A stretch of 64,000 nt of DNA from an uncultured Candidatus Binatia bacterium (GCA_965218425.1 OZ244621.1:3712001-3776000); one strand, 5' to 3'. Numbered from the stretch's first letter, positions 28,727 to 39,296 are shown. Notes: generated from the letters alone by a model not told the origin. Numbers and translations are program-made.

Positions 28727-28796
28727 CTGTTTCGAATTTCCTAAAATAATTCAAGGACTGGCTTAGGCTTCATTCTCGGCCTAAACTGGGATCATT

Positions 28797-29504
28797 ATGC
28801 CAATGCGTGTCAATGCTGTGATCGTTGCAGCCGGTGGTGGGACCAGGATCGGGAAAGAGACCCCTAAACCGTACCTGCCCATTGCTGGACGACCCATGAT
28901 TCTCCATACCCTGGATCGTTTTGTGAGCTCCCAATCCGTCAACAAGGTGATTTTGGTAACTGGGGAGAGGGAAGTTACCAAATGTCAGGCACTTGTGGGG
29001 TCAGATCCCCGGTTGAACAAGCTTGAGTGCGTCGTGGAAAGGGGAGGTCCTAGACGACAAGACTCTGTGGGGCGGGGATTGGCGCGAGTGGACGATGATT
29101 GTGAAGTGGTTGTCATTCACGATGGAGCACGCCCCTTTGTTTCTGCTGCAATCATCGATGGGTGTGTTGAAGCAGCGTTTAGGCTAGGTGCCGTGGCGGT
29201 GGGTGTACCCGTGGAAGATACCATTAAGGTGGTATCGGCCAAAGGGGAGGTGCAACAAACCCCACCAAGGGATACCCTATGGAATATCCAGACGCCTCAG
29301 GTTTTTCGGATTGAGATTATACGGGAGGCCCATGAGCGGGCGGTGGCGGAAGGAGTAGATGCCACCGATGATGCCATGCTGGTGGAGCGGTTGGGTAGAA
29401 GCGTTACCGTGCTAAAAGGTGACACGAGTAATTTTAAAGTCACCTTCCCCGAAGACTTCCTTCTCGCAGAGATGCTCGTGAGTGCTGGAAAAATTCCTAC
29501 CTAG
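28797..29504 (+). CDS. ispD: 2-C-methyl-D-erythritol 4-phosphate cytidylyltransferase
   Basis: AAGGGTR, GGPRRQDSV, IHDGARP, QTPQVF, TDDA and NFKVTFPED. Confidence 0.95.
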   Translation: MPMRVNAVIVAAGGGTRIGKETPKPYLPIAGRPMILHTLDRFVSSQSVNKVILVTGEREVTKCQALVGSDPRLNKLECVVERGGPRRQDSVGRGLARVDDDCEVVVIHDGARPFVSAAIIDGCVEAAFRLGAVAVGVPVEDTIKVVSAKGEVQQTPPRDTLWNIQTPQVFRIEIIREAHERAVAEGVDATDDAMLVERLGRSVTVLKGDTSNFKVTFPEDFLLAEMLVSAGKIPT

Positions 29505-29529
29505 AATTATCTTTTTTGGGTCAATGGAG

Positions 29530-29769
29530 GTTCCATCTCACCAGATGGCAGAAGAGGTGGGCTTTGTAGATCCATGCCTACGAAGACGAACCCATATTCT
29601 TTAGGCTCAGCACGACGCGTTCCCTCAGGGTCGCGTCGTAAAACCGGTGCAATTCTTTGGATTGCGCTTGAATTCGAACCATTCCACCATGCAGAGTGAA
29701 ATGGCATTGCGTAAACCCGTACTCCCTGAGTAAGCGCTCGCATGAAGCCCTTTGATCCTTGTCATCCAC
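29530..29769 (-). pseudogene. C-terminal remnant of a LarE-like (TIGR00268) sulfur transferase
   Basis: ERLLREYGFTQCHFTLHGGMVRIQ...RERVVLSLK, frameshifted to YGFVFVGMDL. This matches the LarE C-terminal pattern E..L...GF...RVR.HG..ARIE...GF..V.LDL. Confidence 0.55.
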
Positions 29770-29813
29770 TTCGAACCTAATGGGAAAATGGGTAGTCGGA
29801 AGGACCTTTAAGG

Positions 29814-30761
29814 TCAGGTATCGCTCACTTCGGGTGGATATTCAAAGGTCTCCGTGCTGAGGTAACGCTCACCTGTATCGCAGAAGACGGTAGCCACGAC
29901 TGAGTCTCTTCCAAGTTTGTTGGCCACTTGAAGAGAGGCGTAGACCGCAGCGCCAGAGGAGATCCCAACGAATATCCCTTCCTCCAGGGCAAGCCGCCGC
30001 GCGTAGCGTGCTGCATCCTCATCGCTCACCGTGATGATCTCATCGTAGATTTCTCTGTTGAGAACCCGGGGGACAAATCCTGCCCCAATCCCCTGGATAT
30101 TATGGTAGCCCGGTTCGCCCCCGGAAAGAACAGGGGAGGCGGAAGGTTCTACTGCAAATATTTTTATGCCCGCCACTTTTTCCTTTAGCACTTCTCCTAC
30201 TCCACTGATGGTTCCTCCTGTTCCAACGGCTGCAACAAAAGCATCAATGCGCTTGAACTGTTTGAGCAGTTCCACCGCAGTGGTCCGGCGGTGAACTTCG
30301 GGGTTTGCCGGATTATTAAATTGCTGGGGCATGAAATAATCGGGGTGCTCGAGCGCCAGTTGCTCCGCTTTTTGAATTGCCCCACCCATCCCCTTCGTGT
30401 CTTGTGTGAGAATGAGTTTCGCCCCGTAGGCCGTGAGTAGGCTGCGTCGTTCTTCGCTCATGGTGTCTGGCATGGTGAGTATCAAACGGTATCCTTTGAC
30501 TGCCGACACCAGTGCAAGGCCGATCCCCGTATTGCCACTGGTGGGTTCCACGATGGTGCCACCAGGTTTTAATTTGCCTTCCCGCTCAGCGGCCTCAATC
30601 ATGCTAAGGCAAATCCGGTCTTTGACGGAGCCCCCGGGATTCATGGACTCTAGTTTACCCCAGACCTCTCCATCCTCCTTTCCTGGCATGTTTCTCAATC
30701 TGACCACAGGTGTTGAACCGATCAAGTCCAGGATGGAGCGAGCACCGTGTAAACTAACCAT
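29814..30761 (-). CDS. cysK: Cysteine synthase A
   Basis: [43 protein letters not shown] and GERYLS. Confidence 0.96.
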   Translation of the reverse strand: MVSLHGARSILDLIGSTPVVRLRNMPGKEDGEVWGKLESMNPGGSVKDRICLSMIEAAEREGKLKPGGTIVEPTSGNTGIGLALVSAVKGYRLILTMPDTMSEERRSLLTAYGAKLILTQDTKGMGGAIQKAEQLALEHPDYFMPQQFNNPANPEVHRRTTAVELLKQFKRIDAFVAAVGTGGTISGVGEVLKEKVAGIKIFAVEPSASPVLSGGEPGYHNIQGIGAGFVPRVLNREIYDEIITVSDEDAARYARRLALEEGIFVGISSGAAVYASLQVANKLGRDSVVATVFCDTGERYLSTETFEYPPEVSDT

Positions 30762-30870
30762 GATGTCTGATACTCTGAAACTTTGAGGGGCAGGGAGTCA
30801 AAACTAAGCTTGAAACCATGGTATATGGTCCATGTTGGAATGTCAATTGAAAGACCGGGTGGGTCCCCCA

Positions 30871-31887
30871 ATGTCCGCTAATGAGCACCTTGAAGGCAAG
30901 GGACTAGTGGTTTTCCCGGGGGCCTTGGGCGATTTTTTGTGTTTCCTCCCCACCCTTAAGGTAATTTCGGAGCTACGGCAAGGGTCCCATATAGAAATGG
31001 TGATGCGGTCGGACTTCTCGGACTTGCTGGGAAATCCTCGTCCCGACTTTTCAGTTCGCTCACTGGATAATCATGAAATAGGTCGGTTGTTCGCAAATAG
31101 TGTGACGGAAGGGTCAAAACTGAAAAGCAGACTTGGCCCATGGGACTTTATCTATTCTTGGTTTGGAGCTCGTGATACGAATTTTGTCAGGAATCTGAGG
31201 GCGTTCTGTGATGGAGACTGCAAGATTTTTCCCTTCCGTCCATCCCCTATGCGGATACACTTAATGGACTATTATGGTTCTTGCCTGGACGTAAGGTATC
31301 CGGCAAAGCATCATCCAGAGATACCATTAACCTCTGCGGCGCTTGCATGGAGCGAACGCTATGGGTCGGAACATGGGCTGCGCGGTGGGCCCGTCCTTGC
31401 CATTTCGCCGGGAAGTGGGGCGAGGGAGAAAAACTGGGAAATTTCCTGTTATACGGATGTGATACGATGGTGGAGAGACCGAACCCACGGTAAGGTGCTG
31501 GTTGTCTTGGGTCCGGCGGAAGAAGGGTCTGCAGTGAAGACATTGCTTGGAGATCATGCCATAGTCGCACGTCACCTTGCGCTGGGGCAGGTGGCCGCGC
31601 TCTTGGCCCAGTGTCATGTTTATTTAGGTAATGATAGCGGTATCACTCATCTGGCGTCTGCGGTTGGAGTAAGTACCGTGGCTTTATTCGGTCCCACTGA
31701 TCCATTCCAATGGCGTCCTCGTGGGAAGAGGGTCACCGTCATCAACCAGGGGGTGGAGTGCTCGCCGTGTAACGTTGCTGCCATGAGGTCTTGTGCCCAT
31801 CGGAAATGTCTATCTCATCTGAGCCCAGATACGGTGATTGGGGTTTTAAAAAGGATGCTCGCTGAAGGTCGTCTTGACAAGGACTGA
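30871..31887 (+). CDS. Glycosyltransferase family 9 (heptosyltransferase-like)
   Basis: PGALGDF, PGSG..EKNW, GNDSGITHLA..VG and LFGPTDP..W.P. Confidence 0.9.
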   Translation: MSANEHLEGKGLVVFPGALGDFLCFLPTLKVISELRQGSHIEMVMRSDFSDLLGNPRPDFSVRSLDNHEIGRLFANSVTEGSKLKSRLGPWDFIYSWFGARDTNFVRNLRAFCDGDCKIFPFRPSPMRIHLMDYYGSCLDVRYPAKHHPEIPLTSAALAWSERYGSEHGLRGGPVLAISPGSGAREKNWEISCYTDVIRWWRDRTHGKVLVVLGPAEEGSAVKTLLGDHAIVARHLALGQVAALLAQCHVYLGNDSGITHLASAVGVSTVALFGPTDPFQWRPRGKRVTVINQGVECSPCNVAAMRSCAHRKCLSHLSPDTVIGVLKRMLAEGRLDKD

Positions 31888-31902
31888 ATCGAGATTTAAA
31901 GT
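31874..31902 (+). promoter_or_regulatory. Putative sigma70 promoter for DUF1844-degQ
   Basis: TTGACA-N17-TAAAGT. Confidence 0.55.
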
Positions 31903-32027
31903 TAAATACTGTAAGTATTATCGTTAATGAAGAACTTCGTTTCTTAACCCCATCAGCAATAGCACACCTTCAGAGGTTGGGACTGGAAACCAGATTCCAG
32001 GGCGTGGCCTGTTCCAGGAGAGATTCA

Positions 32028-32459
32028 ATGGCAGATGATTCTGAAAAAGGCGAGGATAAGGGTTTCAAGGTTCAAGATCGGCGCCGATTTTCTTCCCAAG
32101 ACAATGATTCGGCCGAAACTGCACAGTCCGACCCATCACCACAAGCGCCATATCAAGAATCGGAAAGTCAACCGGCTGAAGAGACGGAAGCTACATCTAA
32201 TGAGGCGCTTCAAGCTATTAACTTTCCTACCTTTATTATTAGCCTCAGCACCCAGGCCCTGATGCACCTGGGAGAAATTCCCAATCCCTTGACCGGGAAA
32301 GTTGAGAAGGAAATTCAGGCGGCCAAACAAACCATTGATATCGTTAGCCTATTGGAGGAAAAGACCCGGGGTAATTTGGATCGGGGAGAAGAGAAACTCA
32401 TGGAGGAGGTCCTCTACGATCTCCGCATGAAGTACGTGCAGGCGGTGAGGAAAAAATAG
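32028..32459 (+). CDS. DUF1844 domain protein
   Basis: FKVQDRRRF, FIISLSTQALMHLGEIPNP, KTRGNL and LYDLRMKYV. Confidence 0.88.
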   Translation: MADDSEKGEDKGFKVQDRRRFSSQDNDSAETAQSDPSPQAPYQESESQPAEETEATSNEALQAINFPTFIISLSTQALMHLGEIPNPLTGKVEKEIQAAKQTIDIVSLLEEKTRGNLDRGEEKLMEEVLYDLRMKYVQAVRKK

Positions 32460-32468
32460 GAGAACTCA

Positions 32469-33965
32469 ATGGAAGAAAATGTAACATGGCTGAGCAGGGT
32501 TGGGATGAGAGGGCTCCTCGGAATTATTTTCGGCTTCCTTTGCCTTGGGATACTGATGGTACCAGTCCTTCAATATTCAGCCCCAAATGGCAAGTTTCAC
32601 TTCACAGAGGTGGCAACCCTTGCCCATGCCGCCTCCACGAACCCACAGGGCTTGCCGGATTTTATTGACCTTGCAAAAGAACTTCGGCCGGCCGTGGTGA
32701 ATATTTCAACGAGCCAAGCGGGAGGGGGAAGACAACCATCACCCCCGAGCCCCTTTGGAGAGGAGGACCCTTTTAGCGAATTTTGGAGACGTTTTTTTGG
32801 TGATCCCATGCCCCGAGGGCCTTATCGCCAGAAGAGTCTGGGTTCAGGATTTGTGGTTGATCGCGAAGGTTACATCTTGACCAATAACCATGTAGTGGAG
32901 AGCGGTGATAAAATCATCGTGAGGCTTTCCGATGATAAGGAATTCGAAGCCAAGCTAGTGGGACGGGATCCAAAAACCGATATTGCTGTGATCAAAATTG
33001 ACGCGGACATTACCTTACAGATCGCACCCTTGGGCGACTCAGACCAACTGGAGGTGGGGGAGTGGGTCCTGGCCATTGGTAACCCTTTCGGTTTGGAACA
33101 CAGCGTGACATCAGGAATTGTTAGTGCCAAGGGACGTCATATTGGTGCTGGGCCATACGATAACTTTATCCAGACCGATGCCTCGATTAATCCGGGGAAC
33201 TCGGGGGGACCACTGATCAATCTGCAAGGTAAAGTCGTGGGGATTAACACGGCTATTTTCAGTCGAGGGGGAGGCAACATTGGAATTGGTTTCGCTATCC
33301 CCATAAATTTGGCCAAGGAACTTTTGCCTCAACTCAAATCCAAGGGGAAAGTAACGCGCGGTTGGTTGGGGGTGGTCATTCAAGGGGTGACCCCTGCCAT
33401 TGCTGAGTCTCTGGGTATGGATGAAGCCAGGGGGGCCCTAGTGGCGAACGTGTCCAGTGATGGGCCCGCTGAGCGTGCTGGGATTCAAATAGGCGATGTC
33501 ATCGTTGAATTTAATAACCAACGGGTCAAGGAGTCGAACGACTTGCCGATCATTGTGGCGCGTACACCCGTAGGCAAAAAGGTCGGCGTGACGGTCCTGA
33601 GAGATGGAAGAGATGTGAAGCTTTCAGTCACCATTGGAGAACTCAAGGATGAGGAGGTGCTGGCCTCGTCCAAAGGGAAGGGGGGCCTCGGGTTAACGGT
33701 ACAAAGAGTGACCCCGCAAATTGCGGAGAGTTTAGGATTGGGCCGTGCCGAAGGTGTGGTAATCACAATGGTGGAGCCGGGAAGCCCGGCAGAGGAAGCG
33801 GGGTTGCGTCGGGGAGACGTCATTTTAGAGATCGACCGGAAATCGACTCTCAAACTTTCGGACTACCAAAAAGCCGTCACAAGAATTAAGAAAGGTAAGG
33901 GAGTGCTGTTCCTTGTACGCCGGGGGGGGGCCACACTTTTTCTCGCCCTCAAAACCCGCAAGTAG
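32469..33965 (+). CDS. degQ: HtrA/DegQ (Do) periplasmic serine protease with two PDZ domains
   Basis: TNNHV, DIAV, QTDASINPGNSGGPL and two PDZ repeats. Confidence 0.94.
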   Translation: MEENVTWLSRVGMRGLLGIIFGFLCLGILMVPVLQYSAPNGKFHFTEVATLAHAASTNPQGLPDFIDLAKELRPAVVNISTSQAGGGRQPSPPSPFGEEDPFSEFWRRFFGDPMPRGPYRQKSLGSGFVVDREGYILTNNHVVESGDKIIVRLSDDKEFEAKLVGRDPKTDIAVIKIDADITLQIAPLGDSDQLEVGEWVLAIGNPFGLEHSVTSGIVSAKGRHIGAGPYDNFIQTDASINPGNSGGPLINLQGKVVGINTAIFSRGGGNIGIGFAIPINLAKELLPQLKSKGKVTRGWLGVVIQGVTPAIAESLGMDEARGALVANVSSDGPAERAGIQIGDVIVEFNNQRVKESNDLPIIVARTPVGKKVGVTVLRDGRDVKLSVTIGELKDEEVLASSKGKGGLGLTVQRVTPQIAESLGLGRAEGVVITMVEPGSPAEEAGLRRGDVILEIDRKSTLKLSDYQKAVTRIKKGKGVLFLVRRGGATLFLALKTRK

Positions 33966-34005
33966 GGGCTCACCAGCAGTTGATCCTATTCAATGGGTTT
34001 CCACC

Positions 34006-34042
34006 GGGTCGGGCGAAAATTGTCCGGCCCTTTTCGTTTTTT
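34006..34042 (+). terminator. Intrinsic terminator after degQ
   Basis: Stem GGGTCGGGCGA-AAA-TTGTCCGGCCC followed by TTTTCGTTTTTT. Confidence 0.7.
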
Positions 34043-34070
34043 TGACACGCCTAGGGGTTAATGGTAAGGT
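34042..34070 (+). promoter_or_regulatory. Putative promoter of the PBP1B gene
   Basis: TTGACA-N17-TAAGGT with an extended -10 TG. This implies the true start is ATG 34082 or 34112 rather than 34061. Confidence 0.55.
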
Positions 34071-34081
34071 CGAAAAGTAAA

Positions 34082-36463
34082 ATGCCCGAGTCATCAAAAA
34101 ATCCCCGAAAAATGAAGTACTTAACCTTCCTTCGGGTCACCATTTTCGGCCTGGTTTTATTTGCTGCTGGGGGGGTATTTCTAGGTGTGTGGTACCTGAA
34201 GTATCTGGAAGGTGTGGTGACTGCTAAATTTGACGGGCGAAAATGGAATTTCCCCGCCAAGATCTTCTCTGACACATATCTGATTTACCCCGGCATGTCG
34301 CTTCCCATGAAAGAGCTGGGAGCCAAGCTGGAGCGCCTGGGTTACCGCAACACGGCTGCAAGACCACGAAGTGTGGGTGAATATCGCCTGCAAGAAAAAG
34401 ACGGCGTTGCGGAAGTATACCTTCACAATTTTCTCTATCCTCTGGGACAGTTCAACGGATTTCCCGTGCGCTTGACCTTCGTGTCCAATACCGCCACCAA
34501 AATTCATCATATGGACACGGGAAAAGAAGTCTTTTCCCTGGAATTAGAACCGGAACTGGTGACCGGGGTTTATGACCGTGTCTGGGAGGAGAGGCGATTG
34601 GTGACCCTGGCGGAAGTTCCACCGCTGCTGGTTCGTGCCATTCTAGCCATTGAGGACGAGCGATTTTATCACCACATGGGGATTGATCCCATTGCGGTAC
34701 TAAGGGCGTCCGTCGCCAATTTTGTCAGAGGTGAAATTGTGCAAGGTGGGAGTACCTTGACCCAGCAATTAATGAAGAATTTCTTTTTGGGTGGCGAGCG
34801 GACCCTCAAGCGCAAAGTGAAAGAAGCCTTGATGGCCCTTGTGACGGAGTGGAAGTATTCCAAGGACGAGATCTTAGAGAATTATTTGAATGAAATCTAT
34901 TTGGGACAGAAGAGGACTCAAGGAGTTTTTGGAGTTTGGGAGGCGGCGCAGTTCTATTTCGCCAAGGAGCCTACTCAGCTGGAGGTGGATGAGATGGCCC
35001 TGCTGGCCGGATTGATCAAGGCCCCCAACCGTTACTCCCCCTATTCCAGTGTGGAGGTGGCGACACGTAGGAGAAATCTGGTCTTGGCCAAGATGTTCGA
35101 GGAAGGATTTGTTACTCGTTCCCAATACGAGCGGGCCCTCAGGAGAGTTATCCTCCCTCGTGAGCAGGTTAAGCTTGCTAACGATGCTCCTTTCTACGTT
35201 GATTTTTTGAGAAAAGAGCTGGCGGAGAACTATTCATCCGAGGTGCTGACGGCGGAGGGGTTGAGAATCTTCACCAGCCTCGATTTTCATCTCCAGAGGA
35301 TTGCCGAAAGCTCACTGAGGGGGGGATTAAGCCGGTTAGAAAAAAAATACAGACATTTGCGTAAGGCCGCAGAGGGAGATCGCCTCGAGGGGGCCATCAT
35401 TGTGATTAAGCCGCAGACGGGCGAGATCAAGGCCATGGTGGGTGGGAGAAATCACCAAACATCCCAATTCAATCGGGTGGTCCAGGCGAAACGCCAGCCT
35501 GGATCCATTTTCAAGCCTTTTGTTTACCTTGCCGCCATGATCTATGGCCCGGAGGACAAGGAGGAAACATTCACCCCTCTAACCTTTGTGGAGGATAGTC
35601 CGTTTACCTGGAGTTACGAGGACAAGGAGTGGAAACCCGAAAACTATCAGGCCGCCTATTACGGAATCGTCAGTTTCCGGCAGGCCTTGGAGAGGTCCTT
35701 GAACACAGCCACTGCCAGGATTGCTCAGCGTGTGGGCATAAAAAGAATTCGTGACCTGGCTTATCGTTTGGGTATTGAGAGTCCTTTATCGCCGCTACCC
35801 TCGTTGGCATTGGGCGCCGTGGAGGTGACCCCGCTGGAGATCGCCAGGGCATTTGCCACGTTGGCCAATAACGGTGTACGAACCAATCCCCTGGCGGTGA
35901 AGCAGATCGTTGATCAACAAGGACAAGTGTTGGAGAAGAGGGATGTCCGTGTCAAGAAAGTCATTACACCGCGGGTGGCCTTTGCCATCAACCATATGTT
36001 GAAAGGAGTCTTGGATCGAGGCACGGGCCGCGGGGTAAGATGGCGGGGCTTTCGTCGGCCCGCCGCGGGCAAGACGGGCACCACCAATGATACCAGAGAT
36101 GCTTGGTTTGGGGGGTACACCCCGGACCTATTGGCGGTGGTCTGGGTGGGATTTGATAACGAAAGTGAACTTGGCCTGTCTGGCGGGGAGGCTGCTTTGC
36201 CCATTTGGACCGAATTTATGATCCGGGCCACGGAGGGAAGCCCCGTAACGGATTTTGTTCCGCCGCGGGGAATCGAGATGGTTGAGGTGGATCCCCTGAG
36301 CGGATTTCGCGCCACGCCCAATTGCCCGCAGGCAATCGAAGAGGCGTTCTTCGAAGGGAGTGCTCCTGAGGAATTTTGCCCATTGCATCCGGCGTCGATT
36401 GTATTCAAGGAAACCGCACCGCTTCGTCGTTCGGGCTGGCCGGTGAGGCCCCCGGGGAGATAG
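34082..36463 (+). CDS. mrcB: Class A penicillin-binding protein, PBP1B-like (UB2H, GT and TP domains)
   Basis: N-terminal TM and a UB2H-like LERLGYR...GEY. GT motifs EDERFYHH.G and GGSTLTQQL. TP motifs SIFK, SLN and KTGT. Confidence 0.92.
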   Translation: MPESSKNPRKMKYLTFLRVTIFGLVLFAAGGVFLGVWYLKYLEGVVTAKFDGRKWNFPAKIFSDTYLIYPGMSLPMKELGAKLERLGYRNTAARPRSVGEYRLQEKDGVAEVYLHNFLYPLGQFNGFPVRLTFVSNTATKIHHMDTGKEVFSLELEPELVTGVYDRVWEERRLVTLAEVPPLLVRAILAIEDERFYHHMGIDPIAVLRASVANFVRGEIVQGGSTLTQQLMKNFFLGGERTLKRKVKEALMALVTEWKYSKDEILENYLNEIYLGQKRTQGVFGVWEAAQFYFAKEPTQLEVDEMALLAGLIKAPNRYSPYSSVEVATRRRNLVLAKMFEEGFVTRSQYERALRRVILPREQVKLANDAPFYVDFLRKELAENYSSEVLTAEGLRIFTSLDFHLQRIAESSLRGGLSRLEKKYRHLRKAAEGDRLEGAIIVIKPQTGEIKAMVGGRNHQTSQFNRVVQAKRQPGSIFKPFVYLAAMIYGPEDKEETFTPLTFVEDSPFTWSYEDKEWKPENYQAAYYGIVSFRQALERSLNTATARIAQRVGIKRIRDLAYRLGIESPLSPLPSLALGAVEVTPLEIARAFATLANNGVRTNPLAVKQIVDQQGQVLEKRDVRVKKVITPRVAFAINHMLKGVLDRGTGRGVRWRGFRRPAAGKTGTTNDTRDAWFGGYTPDLLAVVWVGFDNESELGLSGGEAALPIWTEFMIRATEGSPVTDFVPPRGIEMVEVDPLSGFRATPNCPQAIEEAFFEGSAPEEFCPLHPASIVFKETAPLRRSGWPVRPPGR

Positions 36464-36500
36464 GGAAGTGAACTTTACAACGACTACCGAAGAGGTCATC

Positions 36501-37081
36501 ATGCGGAGTTCCTTCCTTGTGAGGTCAATAACGCTGGCAGTGTTATTTATTTTTGTGATGTCCTCAGCCTGTACGGCAGTGCGGCGGGATTCCGGTTTGT
36601 TCCACGGCAAAACGCTTCCCGGGCCGGGGGGGGCTCCCCGCCCCCGGAGGCGTCCTTGATTAGCAGGATTGATTCCCGCACGCCCCCGCGGCAAGCTGCG
36701 TCCTTGCATTTGACCGACCACGGACGGAAGCTGATCGAGTCTGGGAATCACACCAAGGCTCTGACCCATTTAGAAAAAGCCCTGGCGGTGGATTCAACCA
36801 ATCCCTACGTCTACTATTACTTTGCAAAGGCCCATTTTAACCTCACCAACTACAGGCAATCGGTTGACTTTCTCGACGTTGCCGAGTCGCTGCTTTACAG
36901 CCAACCCTACTGGATGGCAGAGGTTCTCAACCTCAAGGGGGAGAATTTTCAAGTCATGGGTCTCCTCAAGGAGGCTAGTCTGAGTTACGCCGAAGCCCTG
37001 CGTCTCAATCCCAAAAATCAGAAGGCGGCGGTGGAACTGAACCGTGTGGAGCGAGCCCTGGAAATCCCCTCCGTCCGGTAA
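36501..37081 (+). pseudogene. TPR lipoprotein split by a -1 frameshift in a G8 tract
   Basis: Lipoprotein signal MRSSFLVRSITLAVLFIFVMSSAC in one frame and TPR repeats (ALTHLEKALAVDSTNPYVYYYFAKA..., ALRLNPKN) in another. One extra G in 36626-36633 fuses them as ...PGGGSPPPEASLISRID. Confidence 0.8.
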
Positions 37082-37112
37082 ACGCTTCGTTACCATTTAC
37101 TGAGGTTGTTTG

Positions 37113-38111
37113 ATGCTAGTGTTGGGAGTAGAGAGTTCCTGTGATGATACTGCGGCGGCTGTTCTGTTGGATGGTCATCGCATCCTTTCCAATCTTGTGT
37201 CCTCCCAGGATCAGGTGCACGGTCCCTACGGGGGAGTCGTTCCAGAGTTGGCCTCTCGCCAGCATATCCGTCAAGTGCTCCCCATTGTGGATGAGGCCTT
37301 AAAAAGAGCGGGGGTCGGACTAGGGGATCTGAACGGTCTTGCGGTCACCTTTGGTCCCGGTCTGGCGGGCTCTCTCCTGGTGGGACTTTCCTTGATCAAA
37401 GGACTCTCATTCCGGTGGGAAATTCCCTACGTTGGGGTGAACCATTTGGAAGCTCATCTCCTGGCAATATTTCTTGAGAAGGAAGTCTCATTTCCCTACA
37501 TTGCCCTGCTGGCATCCGGAGGACATACGCTTCTCTATGTGGTCAAGGACGTTGGTGATTATCAATATGTAGGAGGTACCCGGGACGATGCGGCTGGTGA
37601 AGCCTACGACAAAGTCGCAAAGCTCATGGGACTGGGATACCCAGGGGGGAGAGTTATCGATCAACTGGCGAAACTTGGCGATCCCAAAGCCATTTCTTTC
37701 CCGCGGGCCCGCATCAAAAAGAGCTCTTACGATTTTAGTTTTAGCGGTCTAAAAACGGCTGTCTTTCATTACTTGAAAGATAAGCCCGAAGGAGTTTGGA
37801 GTGAGCAGAAAGCTGATATTGCAGCGAGTTTTCAAGAGGCGGTTGTAGACATGCTTATTAGGCCAACCATGGAGATCGCGGATGAGTTAAAAATAAACCG
37901 GGTCGTATTGGCTGGAGGCGTCTCGGCTAACAGCCGTTTACGCGCCAAGATGGCGGAAAAGGGAGAGGAGAAAGGGGTTGAGGTTCATTTTCCTTCGCCG
38001 CGATTGTGTACCGACAATGCAGCGATGATTGCCCTTGCGGGTTATCACATGTTAAAAGGGGGGCGCAGAGGGGATCTTGCCTTGAATGCCGACGCTGACC
38101 TGACCCTTTGA
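37113..38111 (+). CDS. tsaD: tRNA N6-adenosine threonylcarbamoyltransferase
   Basis: GVESSCDDT, GGVVPELASRQH, NHLEAH, SGGHT, DDAAGEAYDK and CTDNAAMI. Confidence 0.97.
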   Translation: MLVLGVESSCDDTAAAVLLDGHRILSNLVSSQDQVHGPYGGVVPELASRQHIRQVLPIVDEALKRAGVGLGDLNGLAVTFGPGLAGSLLVGLSLIKGLSFRWEIPYVGVNHLEAHLLAIFLEKEVSFPYIALLASGGHTLLYVVKDVGDYQYVGGTRDDAAGEAYDKVAKLMGLGYPGGRVIDQLAKLGDPKAISFPRARIKKSSYDFSFSGLKTAVFHYLKDKPEGVWSEQKADIAASFQEAVVDMLIRPTMEIADELKINRVVLAGGVSANSRLRAKMAEKGEEKGVEVHFPSPRLCTDNAAMIALAGYHMLKGGRRGDLALNADADLTL

Positions 38112-38193
38112 TCTCGTTAATCGAAAACCCCGTAAAGTTCGATTGTCTCCTCGTCTCTACCACTGAGATTCCATTCTCCATTTACCATTGACC

Positions 38194-39033
38194 ATGCCTT
38201 CTCTTTACCAGGAGGCCCGATTAGCCTGCCAGGAGCTAGGATTTCGTCCCAAGAAACGACTGGGTCAGCATTTCCTGATCGATGAAAAGGTCATCGAGAC
38301 CACCTTACGTCTTATGAATCTTTCAGAGGGCGACGAGGTGTTAGAAATCGGTCCTGGGATTGGATTTCTCACCCGACGCCTTGTGGCAAAGGCGAAGAGG
38401 GTTTGGGCGGTGGAGGTGGACCCCTTATTGGTACAATGGTTGCAGCAGAGTCCCATGGGCGATGCTTCTTCCCTGACCCTTGTTCATGCCGATGTGCTTA
38501 AAATGCCGTTGGACGAGATTCTTCCCAACCGCAAGGTCAAGTTGGTTGGTAATCTTCCTTACAATATTTCGACACCGGTTCTCTTTCGTATCCTGGAACA
38601 ACGCGAACATTTCTCTAACCTTGTTTTCATGGTGCAACGGGAAGTTGCAGACCGTCTGGCGGCCTCACCCGGCACAAAGTCCTATGGAACCCTCTCCGTC
38701 TGGCGCCAGGTCCATGGAGAGATTTTGGCGAAAGTTGGTGTCTCACGCAGGGCGTTCTTTCCCCAACCGAAAGTACAGTCCACCATTCTCAATATTCGAC
38801 TTCGCCCCGAGCCTCTTATACCCAGTGAATATTTTCCATTCCTCCGTGAGGTGGTTAGAGCAAGCTTTGGCCAGAGGCGCAAGATGCTCAGCAATGCGCT
38901 GGCAAATTTACTGAAAAGAGAGCGGGTGGAGACCGAAGGCTTGTTACGGAAGGAAGGAATCGATCCCCAACGTCGCGGGGAGACCCTGAGTGTGGACGAG
39001 ATGATTCGGTTGGCCTATACCCTTAAATCATGA
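38194..39033 (+). CDS. rsmA: 16S rRNA adenine dimethyltransferase
   Basis: KKRLGQHFL, LEIGPGIG, GNLPYNIS, MVQREVA, FGQRRKML and RGETLS. Confidence 0.96.
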   Translation: MPSLYQEARLACQELGFRPKKRLGQHFLIDEKVIETTLRLMNLSEGDEVLEIGPGIGFLTRRLVAKAKRVWAVEVDPLLVQWLQQSPMGDASSLTLVHADVLKMPLDEILPNRKVKLVGNLPYNISTPVLFRILEQREHFSNLVFMVQREVADRLAASPGTKSYGTLSVWRQVHGEILAKVGVSRRAFFPQPKVQSTILNIRLRPEPLIPSEYFPFLREVVRASFGQRRKMLSNALANLLKRERVETEGLLRKEGIDPQRRGETLSVDEMIRLAYTLKS

Positions 39034-39064
39034 GAATCCAGTTGTCAATGAGTTCATCGGTATT

Positions 39065-39296
39065 TACACAAAGGACCCCGTTGGCCACCTTCGAGCCCGG
39101 CACTTCCGCGGGCGGGCAATGGGCCCGTCCCTTGTGGGCTCCGGTCTGTCTCCGACCCTGACCCTTCGACCATGCTCAGGGTCATCGTGAGGCGCTCGAA
39201 CGATGAAGCTCGGACCCGAAGGGAGCGCAACCGAACGGCCACACCCGGTACGCTTCAAAGACCCCCCATGGGGTCGCCCGTCGGTTGCCCAGGGGC
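39065..39296. repeat. Composite REP-like intergenic element
   Basis: GC-rich hairpins, including CCCTTCGACCATGCTCAGGGTCATCGTGAGGCGCTCGAACGATG. Confidence 0.5.

Noticed and set aside
33768..33780. TGGTGGAGCCG match to the tRNA-Ala 3' end as an att site
   Set aside because: Only 11 bp, inside intact degQ, and no integrase is present.
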